Shown: one piece after another, positions 20,532 through 31,130 of the stretch | Numbering within the stretch: the first letter of the stretch is position 1 | Layout: every line of letters starts with the position of its first letter | DNA from: an uncultured Actinomycetes bacterium | GTDB taxonomy: Bacteria; Actinomycetota; Thermoleophilia; Gaiellales; JAICJC01 | Length of the DNA: 64,000 nt | Direction: 5' to 3' | NCBI GenBank assembly: GCA_963701125.1 | Contig: OY969568.1 | Location: 110,914-174,913 of the forward strand | Translations under genes and position numbers: made by a program | The notes under the pieces: generated by a model | The model's database searches: none | The model's input: the letters and a program-made list of their open reading frames with translations, nothing else | Told to the model about the DNA's origin: nothing

Positions 20532-21395
20532 GTGACGGACGACTGGTACCAGCGGCTGCTCGCGACCGGACTGCTCGACGTGCTTGCGCCCTACCAGCCG
20601 GCGCTCGTCGGCGTCTATCCCCTCGGGATCGCGCCCGACGGCGCGCCGATCGAGATCGTCTGCCGGGCCGTCGATCTGCCGGCCTTCGCCCGCGTGCTCG
20701 AGAGCACCTACGGCGACCGCGAGGGGTTCTCGCTCTATGGCGGCAGGCTCGACGAGGAGCAGGCCGTCTTCGCCGAGTTCTCGCTTGACGGGCTGCCGCT
20801 CGAGGTGTCGGCCCAGCGCGAGCACATCCACCGCCGCCTCGGGGCGGCGACGCTCGGGATCTCGCGCGCGCTCGAGCAGACGGGGCCGGTCGCCCGCGCG
20901 CGCCTGGCCGAGGCGGTTGCCGGCGGGGCCGATTGGCTCGACGCCGCGCAGGCGCATCTGAACCTCGGCCGGTCGGCGCTCGAGTCGCTGTCGAGCGCGA
21001 ACCCGAACCTCGTCGCCCGGGTCATGGGCGTGCCTCGCCCCGGCCCCAAGCTGCGCGAGTACAGCGTCGCGATCATGGTCGGGATCGGCGCCGACCTGCT
21101 GATCGTCGCGGCCGGCGCCGCGCGCGGGTCGCAGGAGTACACGGGTCTCATGTTCATGCTCGAGGCCGGCATGCTCGGGCTCGTGTTCGGGGCGCGCCTT
21201 GCGGTCGTCTCGGCGCTCACGCCGCTCGTCGCGATCGGCCTCCTGATCGGGGCGAGCATCGCCATCGGCAGCGAGACGTGCAGCCCCGACTGCGCCCAGC
21301 AGGCGGCGGACTACCTCTTCGTCGGGGTGATCGTGGCCAGCGCAGCGGGCGTGATCGGACTGCTCCGCGACCGCTACTGGCCGCGAACGGCGTGA
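20532..21395 (+). CDS. hypothetical protein: DUF4269-like N-terminal domain fused to a multi-pass membrane C-terminus
   Basis: The N-terminal 140 aa resemble DUF4269 (LLDVLAPYQPALVGVYPLGIA...IEIVC). The C-terminal 120 aa are 3-4 hydrophobic helices. Confidence 0.5.
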   Translation: MTDDWYQRLLATGLLDVLAPYQPALVGVYPLGIAPDGAPIEIVCRAVDLPAFARVLESTYGDREGFSLYGGRLDEEQAVFAEFSLDGLPLEVSAQREHIHRRLGAATLGISRALEQTGPVARARLAEAVAGGADWLDAAQAHLNLGRSALESLSSANPNLVARVMGVPRPGPKLREYSVAIMVGIGADLLIVAAGAARGSQEYTGLMFMLEAGMLGLVFGARLAVVSALTPLVAIGLLIGASIAIGSETCSPDCAQQAADYLFVGVIVASAAGVIGLLRDRYWPRTA

Positions 21396-22210
21396 CGCGG
21401 ACGGCGGCGGCGGCGCTCGTGGCGGTGCTCGCCGCGACCGCCGCGGGGTGCGGCTCCGACCTCGGCGCGGCGTCGACGCCGGCCGCAGCGCCGGTGCGCA
21501 TCCAGCTCGCGCAGGCGGCTCCGGGTCTCGCCGCCGGCGTGCGCGACGCGATCGCCATGATCGGCGCGGTGCGCGTCTCGTCGACGGCCGACGCCGATCT
21601 GGTCGTCACCGACACGCCCGGCGCGGCCGCGACGGCGGCCAGGACGAATCCGGGCACGCACGTGCTCCTGCTCGGGCCGCGTCCGACCGAGCCGCTCGCC
21701 CCGAACGTCCGTGTCGTCGAGTACGACCGCGGCGACCTGGCCTACGTCGCGGGCGCGCTGGCCGCGCTGGAAGCGCCGTCGATCGCCGTGGCCGAACCGG
21801 GCGCGACCCTCGAGGGCGCCTTCCGGGCAGGCGCCGATGCGGTGCGACACGGTGCGGCGGTGGCGAGCGTCTCCTGCGGCGCCACGACCTCCGCGCAGGT
21901 CGTCTACATCCCCGCGCCGGCCTGCCGGCCGGACGCGGCCGGCGCGCAGGTGATCGCCCCGGACAGGCTCCCAAACGCGCACATGCTCGGCCTGCTCGGC
22001 CCGCGGCCGGCGGTCGTCGTCGCCGAGACGGCACGCAGCGTGCAGGACGGCATCTTCCAGCCCGGAATCGCGCTCGAGGGGCTGCGCGACGATGCCGTCG
22101 GCTTCGCCTGGATCTCGCCCGCGCTGCCCGCCGCCGCCATGAACCGGCTCCAGGACGTCGAGGACACGGTGCGGGCCGAGACGGCCCCGGTCCCGACCAT
22201 CGCGCCCTGA
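21392..22210 (+). CDS. BMP-family-like lipoprotein (degenerate ABC substrate-binding fold)
   Basis: GTG start overlaps the previous stop (GTGA). Lipobox LAATAAGCGS. The C-terminal pattern ...DGIFQPGIALEGLRDDAVGFAWISPALP...VRAETAPVPT resembles BMP/PnrA family tails. Confidence 0.5.
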   Translation: MTRTAAAALVAVLAATAAGCGSDLGAASTPAAAPVRIQLAQAAPGLAAGVRDAIAMIGAVRVSSTADADLVVTDTPGAAATAARTNPGTHVLLLGPRPTEPLAPNVRVVEYDRGDLAYVAGALAALEAPSIAVAEPGATLEGAFRAGADAVRHGAAVASVSCGATTSAQVVYIPAPACRPDAAGAQVIAPDRLPNAHMLGLLGPRPAVVVAETARSVQDGIFQPGIALEGLRDDAVGFAWISPALPAAAMNRLQDVEDTVRAETAPVPTIAP

Positions 22211-22261
22211 GGGCACGCCCACGGTAGACTTGACGCTACGCCGTCGGGGGCGGCGATTGCC

Positions 22262-23062
22262 ATGTTCGAGATCGGGAGCTCACTCAGGGAAGCCCGCGAG
22301 CGCCGCAACCTGAGCTACGGCCAGGTCGAGGCCGAGACCGCGATCCGTACGCGATACATTCGCGCGCTCGAGGACGAGGACTTCCACATCCTCCCGGGGC
22401 CGACCTACACCAAGGGCTTCCTGCGCGCCTACGCCGAGTATCTCGGCCTCGACGGACAGCCCTTCGTGGACGAGTTCAACTCCCGCCACCACGACCCGCG
22501 CGGAGCGATCGAGCACACGCCGATCGCCTCGCGGCCCCGGTCGCGGCCGCCGCAGCGCCGGCGGCACCGGCGCGAGTCGAACCTGATCATGATCGCGCTC
22601 GCGGCGATCGTGGCCGTGTCGTTCCTGATCGTGCTCGCGCTGCGCTTCCCGCCCCAGCAGACCGCGAACTACAACACGAACACGGGCACGCAGAAGACGC
22701 ACTCCTCGACGCTGGGAGGGGGCACGACGTCCGGCTCGACGCAGCAGGCGACGACCGGCCATTCACGCCCGCAGTTCCAGGTCGTGCTGACGCTGAGCGC
22801 CTCGACCTGGGTCAAGGCCACGATCGGCACGGCGCACGGGCCCGGGGTCACCGCCGAGGGGATGGACCTCGGCGCGGCCGGGCTCACGGTCGACGCCTCG
22901 ACGCATCCCACCATCACCTTCAGCTCGCGCAAGCCGGTCTTCCTGGCGCTCGGCGCGCCCGGCAACGTCGCGCTCTCGATCAACGGCCGCCAGGTCGCCC
23001 TGCCACACGTCGCCGCGGGCGGCAGCATTCGGCTTGACTCCGCCGGCGCACGGGCGGCTTGA
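22262..23062 (+). CDS. RodZ-like helix-turn-helix membrane protein (HTH_25 + TM + DUF4115-like C-terminus)
   Basis: MFEIGSSLREARERRNLSYGQVEAETAIRTRYIRALEDEDFHILPGPTYTKGFLRAYAEYLGL is the canonical RodZ N-terminus. It is followed by one TM helix and a beta-rich C-terminal domain. Confidence 0.8.
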   Translation: MFEIGSSLREARERRNLSYGQVEAETAIRTRYIRALEDEDFHILPGPTYTKGFLRAYAEYLGLDGQPFVDEFNSRHHDPRGAIEHTPIASRPRSRPPQRRRHRRESNLIMIALAAIVAVSFLIVLALRFPPQQTANYNTNTGTQKTHSSTLGGGTTSGSTQQATTGHSRPQFQVVLTLSASTWVKATIGTAHGPGVTAEGMDLGAAGLTVDASTHPTITFSSRKPVFLALGAPGNVALSINGRQVALPHVAAGGSIRLDSAGARAA

Positions 23063-24336
23063 GCAGACCCACCGCGGCAATCCTGCTCACGGGCAATGAG
23101 CTCCTGCGGGGGGTCATCGCCGACCAGAACGGTCCCCACCTGGCGGCGTCGCTCGAGCGGATGGGCTTCTCGCTGCGGCGCACGCTCGTGGTCGGCGACG
23201 CGCTCTCCGACATCCGCGCGGGCATGCGCGACGTGCTCGAGGCGGCCGATCTCGTGGTCACATCGGGTGGTCTCGGGCCCACACACGACGACCGCACGGT
23301 CGAGGCCCTGGCCGGCGTCGCCGGCGTGGAGCTGACGCTCGACGAGGCCGTGCTCGCGCGCATCACGAGCTGGACCGATCGGGTGGCCGAGCGCTACAGG
23401 TACGACCGCAGCCGGTTCGATGCGGGCAACCGCAAGCAGGCCATGATCCCGGCCGGCGCCGAGGTGCTCGGGATCGCCGGCACGGCGCCGGCGCTCGTGA
23501 TGCCGATCGGCGCGCGCTGGGTGGTGGTGCTCCCGGGCGTCCCCTCCGAGCTGCGGCGGCTGTGGGAGATGGTCCCCGAACACGCCTCGCTGGCACCTCT
23601 GCTGCGCCGGGCGCAGCCGCGCCGGCAGTGGCTGATCCGCACGTACGGCATCGGCGAGTCGCACGTCGCCGACCTGTTCGCCGAGGCGGGCGGCGACCCC
23701 GACGGCGTCGAGACCAGCATCTGCGCGCGCAACTTCGAGATCGAGATCGACATCCGCGCCGAGCCGGGCGGCGAGGCCGGGGCCGCCGAGCTGAACGCCC
23801 GGATGACCGCCGCGCTCGGCGAGCACGTGTTTGCGACCGACGAGCGCCCGCTGCCCGAGATCGTGCTCGACCTGCTGCGCGAGCGCGGCTGGACGGCGGG
23901 GACGGCCGAGTCCTGTACCGGCGGCATGGTGGCCGCGCGCCTGACCGACATCCCCGGCAGCTCGGCGGCGTTCGGCGGCGGTGTGGTCGCCTACTCCAAC
24001 GCGCTCAAGCAGGCGCTCCTGGACGTCCCTATACACCTGCTCGAGCGCCACGGCGCAGTCAGCGCCGAGACGGCGGCGGCGATGGCCGCGGGCGCGCGTA
24101 CGCGGCTCGGAGTCGATGTGGCGGTGTCGGTGACGGGCGTCGCCGGCCCGGGCGGAGGCACCGAGGACAAGCCGGTCGGGCTCGTGTACGTGCACCTGTC
24201 GTCTCCGGCCGGTGAGGAGGGCATCCGCATGGACGTGCCCGGCGAGCGGGGGATCGTCCGCGCCCGTGCGGCCGTCGCGTCCCTGCAGCTCATGCGCGCG
24301 CATCTCGTTGCCGCTTCGGCACACCTGCTGCCTTGA
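23059..24336 (+). CDS. cinA: competence/damage-inducible protein CinA (MoCF-binding domain plus nicotinamide-nucleotide amidohydrolase domain)
   Basis: [13 protein letters not shown]...[15 protein letters not shown]; C-terminal [20 protein letters not shown]...[18 protein letters not shown]. Confidence 0.92.
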   Translation: MSRPTAAILLTGNELLRGVIADQNGPHLAASLERMGFSLRRTLVVGDALSDIRAGMRDVLEAADLVVTSGGLGPTHDDRTVEALAGVAGVELTLDEAVLARITSWTDRVAERYRYDRSRFDAGNRKQAMIPAGAEVLGIAGTAPALVMPIGARWVVVLPGVPSELRRLWEMVPEHASLAPLLRRAQPRRQWLIRTYGIGESHVADLFAEAGGDPDGVETSICARNFEIEIDIRAEPGGEAGAAELNARMTAALGEHVFATDERPLPEIVLDLLRERGWTAGTAESCTGGMVAARLTDIPGSSAAFGGGVVAYSNALKQALLDVPIHLLERHGAVSAETAAAMAAGARTRLGVDVAVSVTGVAGPGGGTEDKPVGLVYVHLSSPAGEEGIRMDVPGERGIVRARAAVASLQLMRAHLVAASAHLLP

Positions 24337-24364
24337 ACCGCGTCCGACGCGCCCTCTAGGATAT

Positions 24365-24380
24365 CCGAACATCTGTTCGG
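24365..24380. promoter_or_regulatory. LexA (SOS) box upstream of recA
   Basis: Perfect palindrome CCGAAC-ATCT-GTTCGG about 80 nt upstream of the recA ATG. It matches the Gram-positive/actinobacterial consensus CGAAC-N4-GTTCG. Confidence 0.75.
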
Positions 24381-24461
24381 GGATCCGACCACGTCGGCTC
24401 CCGCTGCGACAATACGATCGGCGCGTCGCGGGGATGCGCCCAGAGGAAGGTGGAGAGACGC

Positions 24462-25568
<1,107 letters not shown>

Positions 25569-25594
25569 CGCGCGAGGGCCGGGCGGACACCGTC

Positions 25595-26211
25595 ATGACC
25601 ACGATCGTCGGGCTGCGGCGCACACGCGCCGGAGGCCCGACGGTCGAGGTCGTGCTCGACTCGGGCGAGCGCCTGCGCGTGCACGATCGCCGCCTGGGGG
25701 AGCACGGCCTGTGTACCGGCGCGACCCTCGCGCCGGCGGCGTACGAGGCGCTGCAGACTGCCGGGCGCCTCGACACGGCCGAGCGGCGGGCGCTGCGGCT
25801 GATCGCGGTGCGTCCGCGCTCGCGGTCGGAGCTCCGCCGCAGGCTTGGGCAGTGGGGGCTCGGCGACGCCGACAGCGCCGTGGTGCTCGAACGGCTGGCG
25901 GCGATCGGCCTCGTGGACGACGACGCCCTGGCGGCTGCCGTCGTCGTCGACCCGCGCGGGCCGACGCCTACGGACGGCTGCGGGTGGAGTTCGATCTCGA
26001 CCGGCTCGGCATCGACGAAGAGACGGGCGCCGGGCACGCCGCCACCTCGGCGGCCGCCGAGCTCGACCGCGCCCGCGAGGCGCTGCGGGGCCGCCACGCG
26101 CCCGATCCCCGCGACCCGGCCTCGCTGCGGCGCGCGGCGGCGTTCCTGGCGCGACGCGGGTTCGACACCGACACGGTTGCGGCGGCGCTCGGCCACGAGC
26201 TCGACGCCTGA
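25595..26211 (+). pseudogene. recX: recombination regulator RecX, frame interrupted once near 25950-25960
   Basis: Located immediately downstream of recA. Frame 2 gives LRLIAVRPRSRSELRRRLGQWGLGDADSAVVLERLAAIGLVDDDALAAA, then nonsense. Frame 1 continues ADAYGRLRVEFDLDRLGIDEE...ASLRRAAAFLARRGFDTDTVAAAL (RecX three-helix repeats). Confidence 0.8.
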
Positions 26212-26484
26212 CGCCAGGCGTGCTGCGGTTCGTTGCTCAATCATGCACCGCTCGTCTACGATCCATAACGAGTCTGGCTTCACCGCCGTTCAGTTCTCTC
26301 TCCTGCCGAAAGGCGGGTTGGTTGCACCGGTTCGCGTCTTCGATCAGTTCGTACCCAAGCTTCGCCTCCGCGGAGCCGGCCGAGCCTCGGCACGCCCCGT
26401 TGCGCGGCGGCCGGCCGGGCGCGCATACCTGATTCGATGACGGTCGCCGCCGATCGGCGGGGGCCACGCACATAAGGAGACGCG

Positions 26485-28013
26485 GTGGAGGCTCTACTGA
26501 TCGCGCTCGCGCTCATTCTTGGCGCGGGGGCCGGGTACGCCGTGGACAACAGGCGCCGCCGCCCCCAGATCGCCGATGCGGAGCGCCAAGCGCAGCGCAT
26601 CCTGGAGGACGCCGAGCGCCAGGCCGGGGCACAGCTCAAGGAGGCCCAGGTGGCCGCCCGTGAGGATCTGCTCGCCCAGCGCACCGAGCAGGAACGTGAC
26701 CTGGCCGACCGGCGTGCCGAGTTGATCAAGGCCGAGGAACGGCTGTCCGCCGCCCAGGCCCAGGCCGACCTGCGCACGGACGAGCTCGCCCGCCGTGACC
26801 AGTCGATCGCCGACCGCGAGGTGCACGCGAAGCAGCTGCAGGAGGACCTGAAGATCGCCCGCGACGCTGAGCTGGCCGCCCTCGAGCGGGTGGCCGGCAT
26901 GACCGCATCCGACGGCCGCGCGGCGCTCTTGACCAGGGTCGAGGAGGAGGCGCGCTCCGACATGGCGCGGCTCGTGCGCCAGATCGAGGAGGAGGCACGC
27001 CTCGACGCCGACAAGCGCGCCCGAAACATCCTCTCGATCGCCATCCAGCGCACCGCCTCGAGCCACACCGCCGAGACGACCGTGTCGGTCGTCCAGCTGC
27101 CCTCGGACGATCTGAAGGGGCGCATCATCGGCCGCGAGGGCCGAAACATCCGCGCGCTCGAGAACCTGACCGGCGTGGACGTGATCATCGACGACACGCC
27201 GCAGGCCGTGGTGCTGTCGGCGTTCGACGGCGTGCGCCGCGAGATCGCGCGCCTCACGATCGAGAGCCTGATCGCCGACGGCCGCATCCACCCGTCCCGG
27301 ATCGAGGAGACGTACTACCAGTCCAAGGCGCAGATCGAGCAGCAGATCGTGCAGGCGGGCGAGCAGGCCTGCTTCGAGGCCAACGTCCACGGCCTGCACC
27401 CCGAGCTCGTGAAGATCCTCGGCCGGCTGCGCTACCGCACGAGCTACGGCCAGAACGTGCTCAAGCACTCGGTCGAGTGCGCGCACCTGGCGTCGATCAT
27501 GGCGGCCGAGCTGGGCGCGAGTCAGAAGACCGCCCGCCGGGCGGCGCTCCTCCACGACATCGGCAAGGCCGTGACGCACGAGGTGGAGGGCCCGCACGCG
27601 GTGATCTCGGCCCAGATGGCCAAGAAGTACCGCGAGTCGCCGAGCGTCTGCCACGCAATCGAGGCCCACCACTACGACGTCGAGCCGCAGACCGTCGAGG
27701 CGGTGCTCATCATCGCCGCCGACGCCATCTCGGCCTCACGCCCGGGTGGGCGCGGCGAGAGCCTCGAGCACTACATCAAGCGGCTCGAGGCGCTCGAGCG
27801 GATCGCGACCGCCAAGGAGGGGGTCGAGCGCTGCTACGCCATGCAGGCGGGGCGCGAGATCCGGGTGATGGTGAAGCCGGAGCAGGTCGACGACGACACG
27901 GCGGCGCTGCTGAGCCACAGATCGCCCGTGAGATCGAGGCCGAGCTCGAGTACCCCGGCCAGATCAAGGTCACGGTGATCCGCGAGTCGCGCGCCACCGA
28001 GATCGCGAAGTAA
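26485..28013 (+). pseudogene. rny: ribonuclease Y, frame interrupted by an apparent 1-nt deletion at about 27918 near the 3' end
   Basis: N-terminal TM helix, coiled coil, KH ([15 protein letters not shown]) and HD (LLHDIGKA...HH) domains. After ...[10 protein letters not shown] the frame is lost. The -1 frame gives the conserved C-terminus [31 protein letters not shown] and stops at 28013. Confidence 0.9.
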
Positions 28014-28084
28014 ACCCGGTCATATCGTCAGGTTTACAGAAGGCTTACTGGAGCCTGCGCACGAGGGCCGCCGATACCCGTGGC

Positions 28085-28556
28085 ATGCGACGACTTGCCT
28101 TCATCACAGCCCTCATCGCGGCGCTCGTGGCCGCCGCGCCCGCAACGGGCGCCATCCTGCTCGCCAAGAACTGCAGCGGCCGGGTTGCTCTCGCCTTCCA
28201 GGCCGACGGAGCCGGGTGGGTGAGCGTCGTCGGCAACGGGGCCGAGTGGGGCACCGTCAAGAGCGGCACCATCTGGCTGCGCGACCGCACCGGCAAACGT
28301 GCGCAATCCCAGGAGCGTGGGTGAACGGCTCGCGGCGCCGTCCTGGAAGTATCTCGGCGACGACGGCTGGAAGGTCACGTCGACGCAGTCGATGACGGTC
28401 TACGGCGACCGGCAAGTTCTGGGTCAAGCTGCAGGGCCCGGAGTCAGCGTGTGCGGCGTCGTCGACGGCAGCGGCAAGATCGCCGGCAGCGGCAAGTACT
28501 CGCTGAACGGCAGGTCGCACAGCTGGCCGAAGTCCGCGACGAGCCTGCACTTCTAG
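28085..28556 (+). pseudogene. small secreted protein, unknown function, at least one frame break near 28290-28300
   Basis: Signal peptide MRRLAFITALIAALVAAAPATGA in frame 2. High-GC3 coding continues in frame 0 (RNPRSVGERLAAPSWKYLGDDGWKVTSTQSMTVYGD...GVSVCGVVDGSGKIAGSGKYSLNGRSHSW). Confidence 0.45.
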
Positions 28557-28588
28557 GCTCCGGCCTGACCAGGCTGTACGCTACGAGG

Positions 28589-29286
28589 ATGGCCGAGAAG
28601 ATCCTCGTCGTCGAGGACGAGCGCAACATCGCCTCGTTCGTCGCGATGTACCTCAAGAATGCGCGCTACCAGGTGGACATCGCCCGCGACGGTGCGGAGG
28701 CGCTGCAAAAGGCCGACAGCGCTCAAGCCCGACCTGGTCGTCCTCGACCTGATGCTGCCCGACATCGACGGCCTCGAGGTGTGCCGCCAGATCCGCTCGA
28801 CCTCCGACGTCCCCATCCTGATGCTGACGGCCAGCGACGACGACGTCGACAAGATCGTCGGCCTCGAGGTGGGTGCCGACGACTACCTGACCAAGCCGTT
28901 CAACCCGCGCGAGCTGGTCGCCAGGATCAAGTCGATACTGCGCCGGTCGAGCCAGACCGCGCGCTCGTCGCGGCCGCAGGAGGCGGCGATGGAGCACGGC
29001 AACGTGCGCATCGACGCCGGCCGCCGCGAGGTGACCGTCGTCGGGCCGCCACGTGCAGCTCGCGCCGAAGGAGTTCGACCTCCTGTGGGAGCTGCTCGAC
29101 CACCGCGGCCTCGTGCTGACCCGCGATCAGCTGCTCGAGCGCGTGTGGGGATACACCTTCGCGGGGGACACCCGCACCGTTGACGTGCACGTGCGCCAGC
29201 TACGGCGCAAGCTCGGCGATGACTGCCCGGTCGCGACCGTATGGGGCGTGGGCTACAAGGTCGCTGACGATGCTGCAGTCACTTAG
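28589..29286 (+). pseudogene. OmpR-family response regulator with two frame breaks (about 28720 and about 29046)
   Basis: Receiver domain [18 protein letters not shown]...[10 protein letters not shown], then break 1, then [24 protein letters not shown]...[37 protein letters not shown], then break 2. The winged-helix follows: [34 protein letters not shown]...[15 protein letters not shown]...VWGVGYK. Confidence 0.85.
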
Positions 29287-30693
29287 GGCACGACTCGCCT
29301 TCCTCTTCACGGGAACGCTCGTCCTGGCCACGGTCATCGCGAGCGTCGTCGTCGTCAGCCTGTACCAGTCGTACAACCGCATCCAGACCGACGGCGGAGC
29401 TCGCGCAAGCAGGTGGACGGGCGTGCGCGAGTACTACCAGCGCGCGTTCAGCGGCGACTTCACGGCCAGCCGAAGCGAGCACGGCGCGCGCCGTCCCATC
29501 GCCGGGCCGAGTTCGAACAGTGAGCGACGCACGCCTCTACTACGACGGGCACCGCCGCTCTTCCCGGTAGCGCGGGCCGCCCGGCAACATCCGCAGACTC
29601 CGGCATCGGCTCGAACTACCACAAGCTCACGGAGCTCGCGGCCCGTCTACCAGTTCACGCCGCCGGGCGCGAGCGACGCCGTTCATCGGCGTCGGCGGCG
29701 CCCATCTTCGACGGCGACCAGCCGATCGGCGCGGTCGTCCTCGCCAAGCCGCTGGCCGACGTCAACAACGCCTGGAAGAACGTGATCGGCCTGGTCGCGG
29801 CCGGGGTGGCGGTCGGCCTGATCGTGGCGATCATCCTGGCGAGCTACGTCGCCCGCCGGATCACGATGCCGCTGCGCGTCATCGGCAGCGCCGCCGACAA
29901 GGTCGCGCGCGGCGACCTGGACGTGAACGTGATCGGCAAGCGCACCTCCGACGACGAGCTGGGCCAGCTGGCGACGCGCTTCCAGGGCATGGTCGACCGC
30001 CTGCGCGAGGTCGACGAGCTCGAGCGCAACTTCCTGATGCGCGTCACGCACGAGCTGCGCACGCCGCTGACCGCCATCTCGGGCCACGTCCAGGCGCTCG
30101 CCGAGGGCGTTGTCGGCCCGGACGATCTGGACGAGTCGCTGACCGCCGTGAACGAGGAGGTGCGCCGGCTCGACCGGCTCGTGGGCGATCTGCTCGACCT
30201 GACGCGGCTCGAGTCGCACCAGTTCCGGGTGGTGAGCGAGGAGGTCGGCCTCGCGGCGCTGCTCGAGCGCGCGGCGGCCTCGTTCCGCGAGAAGGCGCGC
30301 ACGAACGACGTCATCTTCCACACGCCGATCGACCAGGCGCCGACGATCATCACCGACGGCGACCGCGTGCTCCAGATCGTCAACAACCTGCTCGACAACG
30401 CGTTCCGGTGGACGCCGCGCGGCGGCACGGTGCAGCTCGGCTGCAACACCTCGAACGGTCTGGCCGCAATCTCGGTCTCCGACACCGGCCGGGGCATCTC
30501 TCCGGCCGAGCGCGAGGCGGTGTTCCATCCGTTCTACAGCCGCCGCGGCGAGGGCGGCACGGGCCTCGGCCTCTCGATCGCGCGCGAGCTCGCGACGGCG
30601 CTCGGCGGCCGGCTCTCGGTCGAGAGCGAGCCCGGCCAGGGCTCGACCTTCACGCTCTCGCTGCCGCGCAAGAAGCGCAGGCGGGCGATATGA
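29270..30693 (+). pseudogene. HAMP/HisKA/HATPase sensor histidine kinase with at least five frame changes in the extracytoplasmic sensor region (about 29470-29700)
   Basis: The ATG at 29270 overlaps the regulator's 3' end. TM1 is LAFLFTGTLVLATVIASVVVV. Sensible peptide fragments then hop between frames (AEFEQ / [10 protein letters not shown] / [12 protein letters not shown] / [12 protein letters not shown] / PFIGVGG / [18 protein letters not shown]). From 29782 it is intact: TM2, HAMP, H-box ([13 protein letters not shown]), N, G1 and G2 boxes ([16 protein letters not shown]). Confidence 0.85.
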
Positions 30694-31130
30694 GGATCCG
30701 CCTCTGCGACACCGAGCAGGACGTCTCGGGCATCAGCGTCGAGATCGTCATCACCGCCGAGCCGTTCGCCGAGTCGGTGCCGTACTCGCTCACGCTCCAC
30801 GCGGGCGGAAACGCCGTGGCGCACGTGCCCGATGCCGCGCTGACGCCGGCCGAGCTGTTCGCGTTCGGCCACGCGCTGCTCGACGCCGCGGCCGACGGGT
30901 TCGGCCACTTCGTGCCTGCCGACGAGGTGTTCGGGCTCGACCTGGCGCCGCCGAGCGTTCCACGGGCGATCGACGAGGTCGGCGTCGCCGTGTGGGTCGA
31001 TGCCGGCCGCGCGCAGACTCAGGGCCCGACGCGAAGCGGCGTCGCGGTGCAGCTGATCGTCGACGCCCCGGCGCTCGCGGCCGTCGCCGAAGCGGTGTGC
31101 GACCAGGCCGCGCGCGTCCTCAGCCGCTGA
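30690..31130 (+). CDS. hypothetical protein, translationally coupled to the sensor kinase
   Basis: ATGA start/stop overlap with the kinase. 146 codons with G/C at nearly all third positions. No family recognised ([29 protein letters not shown]...). Confidence 0.6.
   Translation: MRIRLCDTEQDVSGISVEIVITAEPFAESVPYSLTLHAGGNAVAHVPDAALTPAELFAFGHALLDAAADGFGHFVPADEVFGLDLAPPSVPRAIDEVGVAVWVDAGRAQTQGPTRSGVAVQLIVDAPALAAVAEAVCDQAARVLSR

Noticed and set aside
28400-28445. Apparent pair of compensating frameshifts inside the small secreted protein gene. The alternative frame reads GKFWVKLQGP with better GC3 than the ORF-track frame RQVLGQAAGPG.
   Set aside because: The stretch is only about 35 nt and the gene has no known family to align against, so the call cannot be supported. 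It is mentioned under the hot-zone finding as a possibility only.
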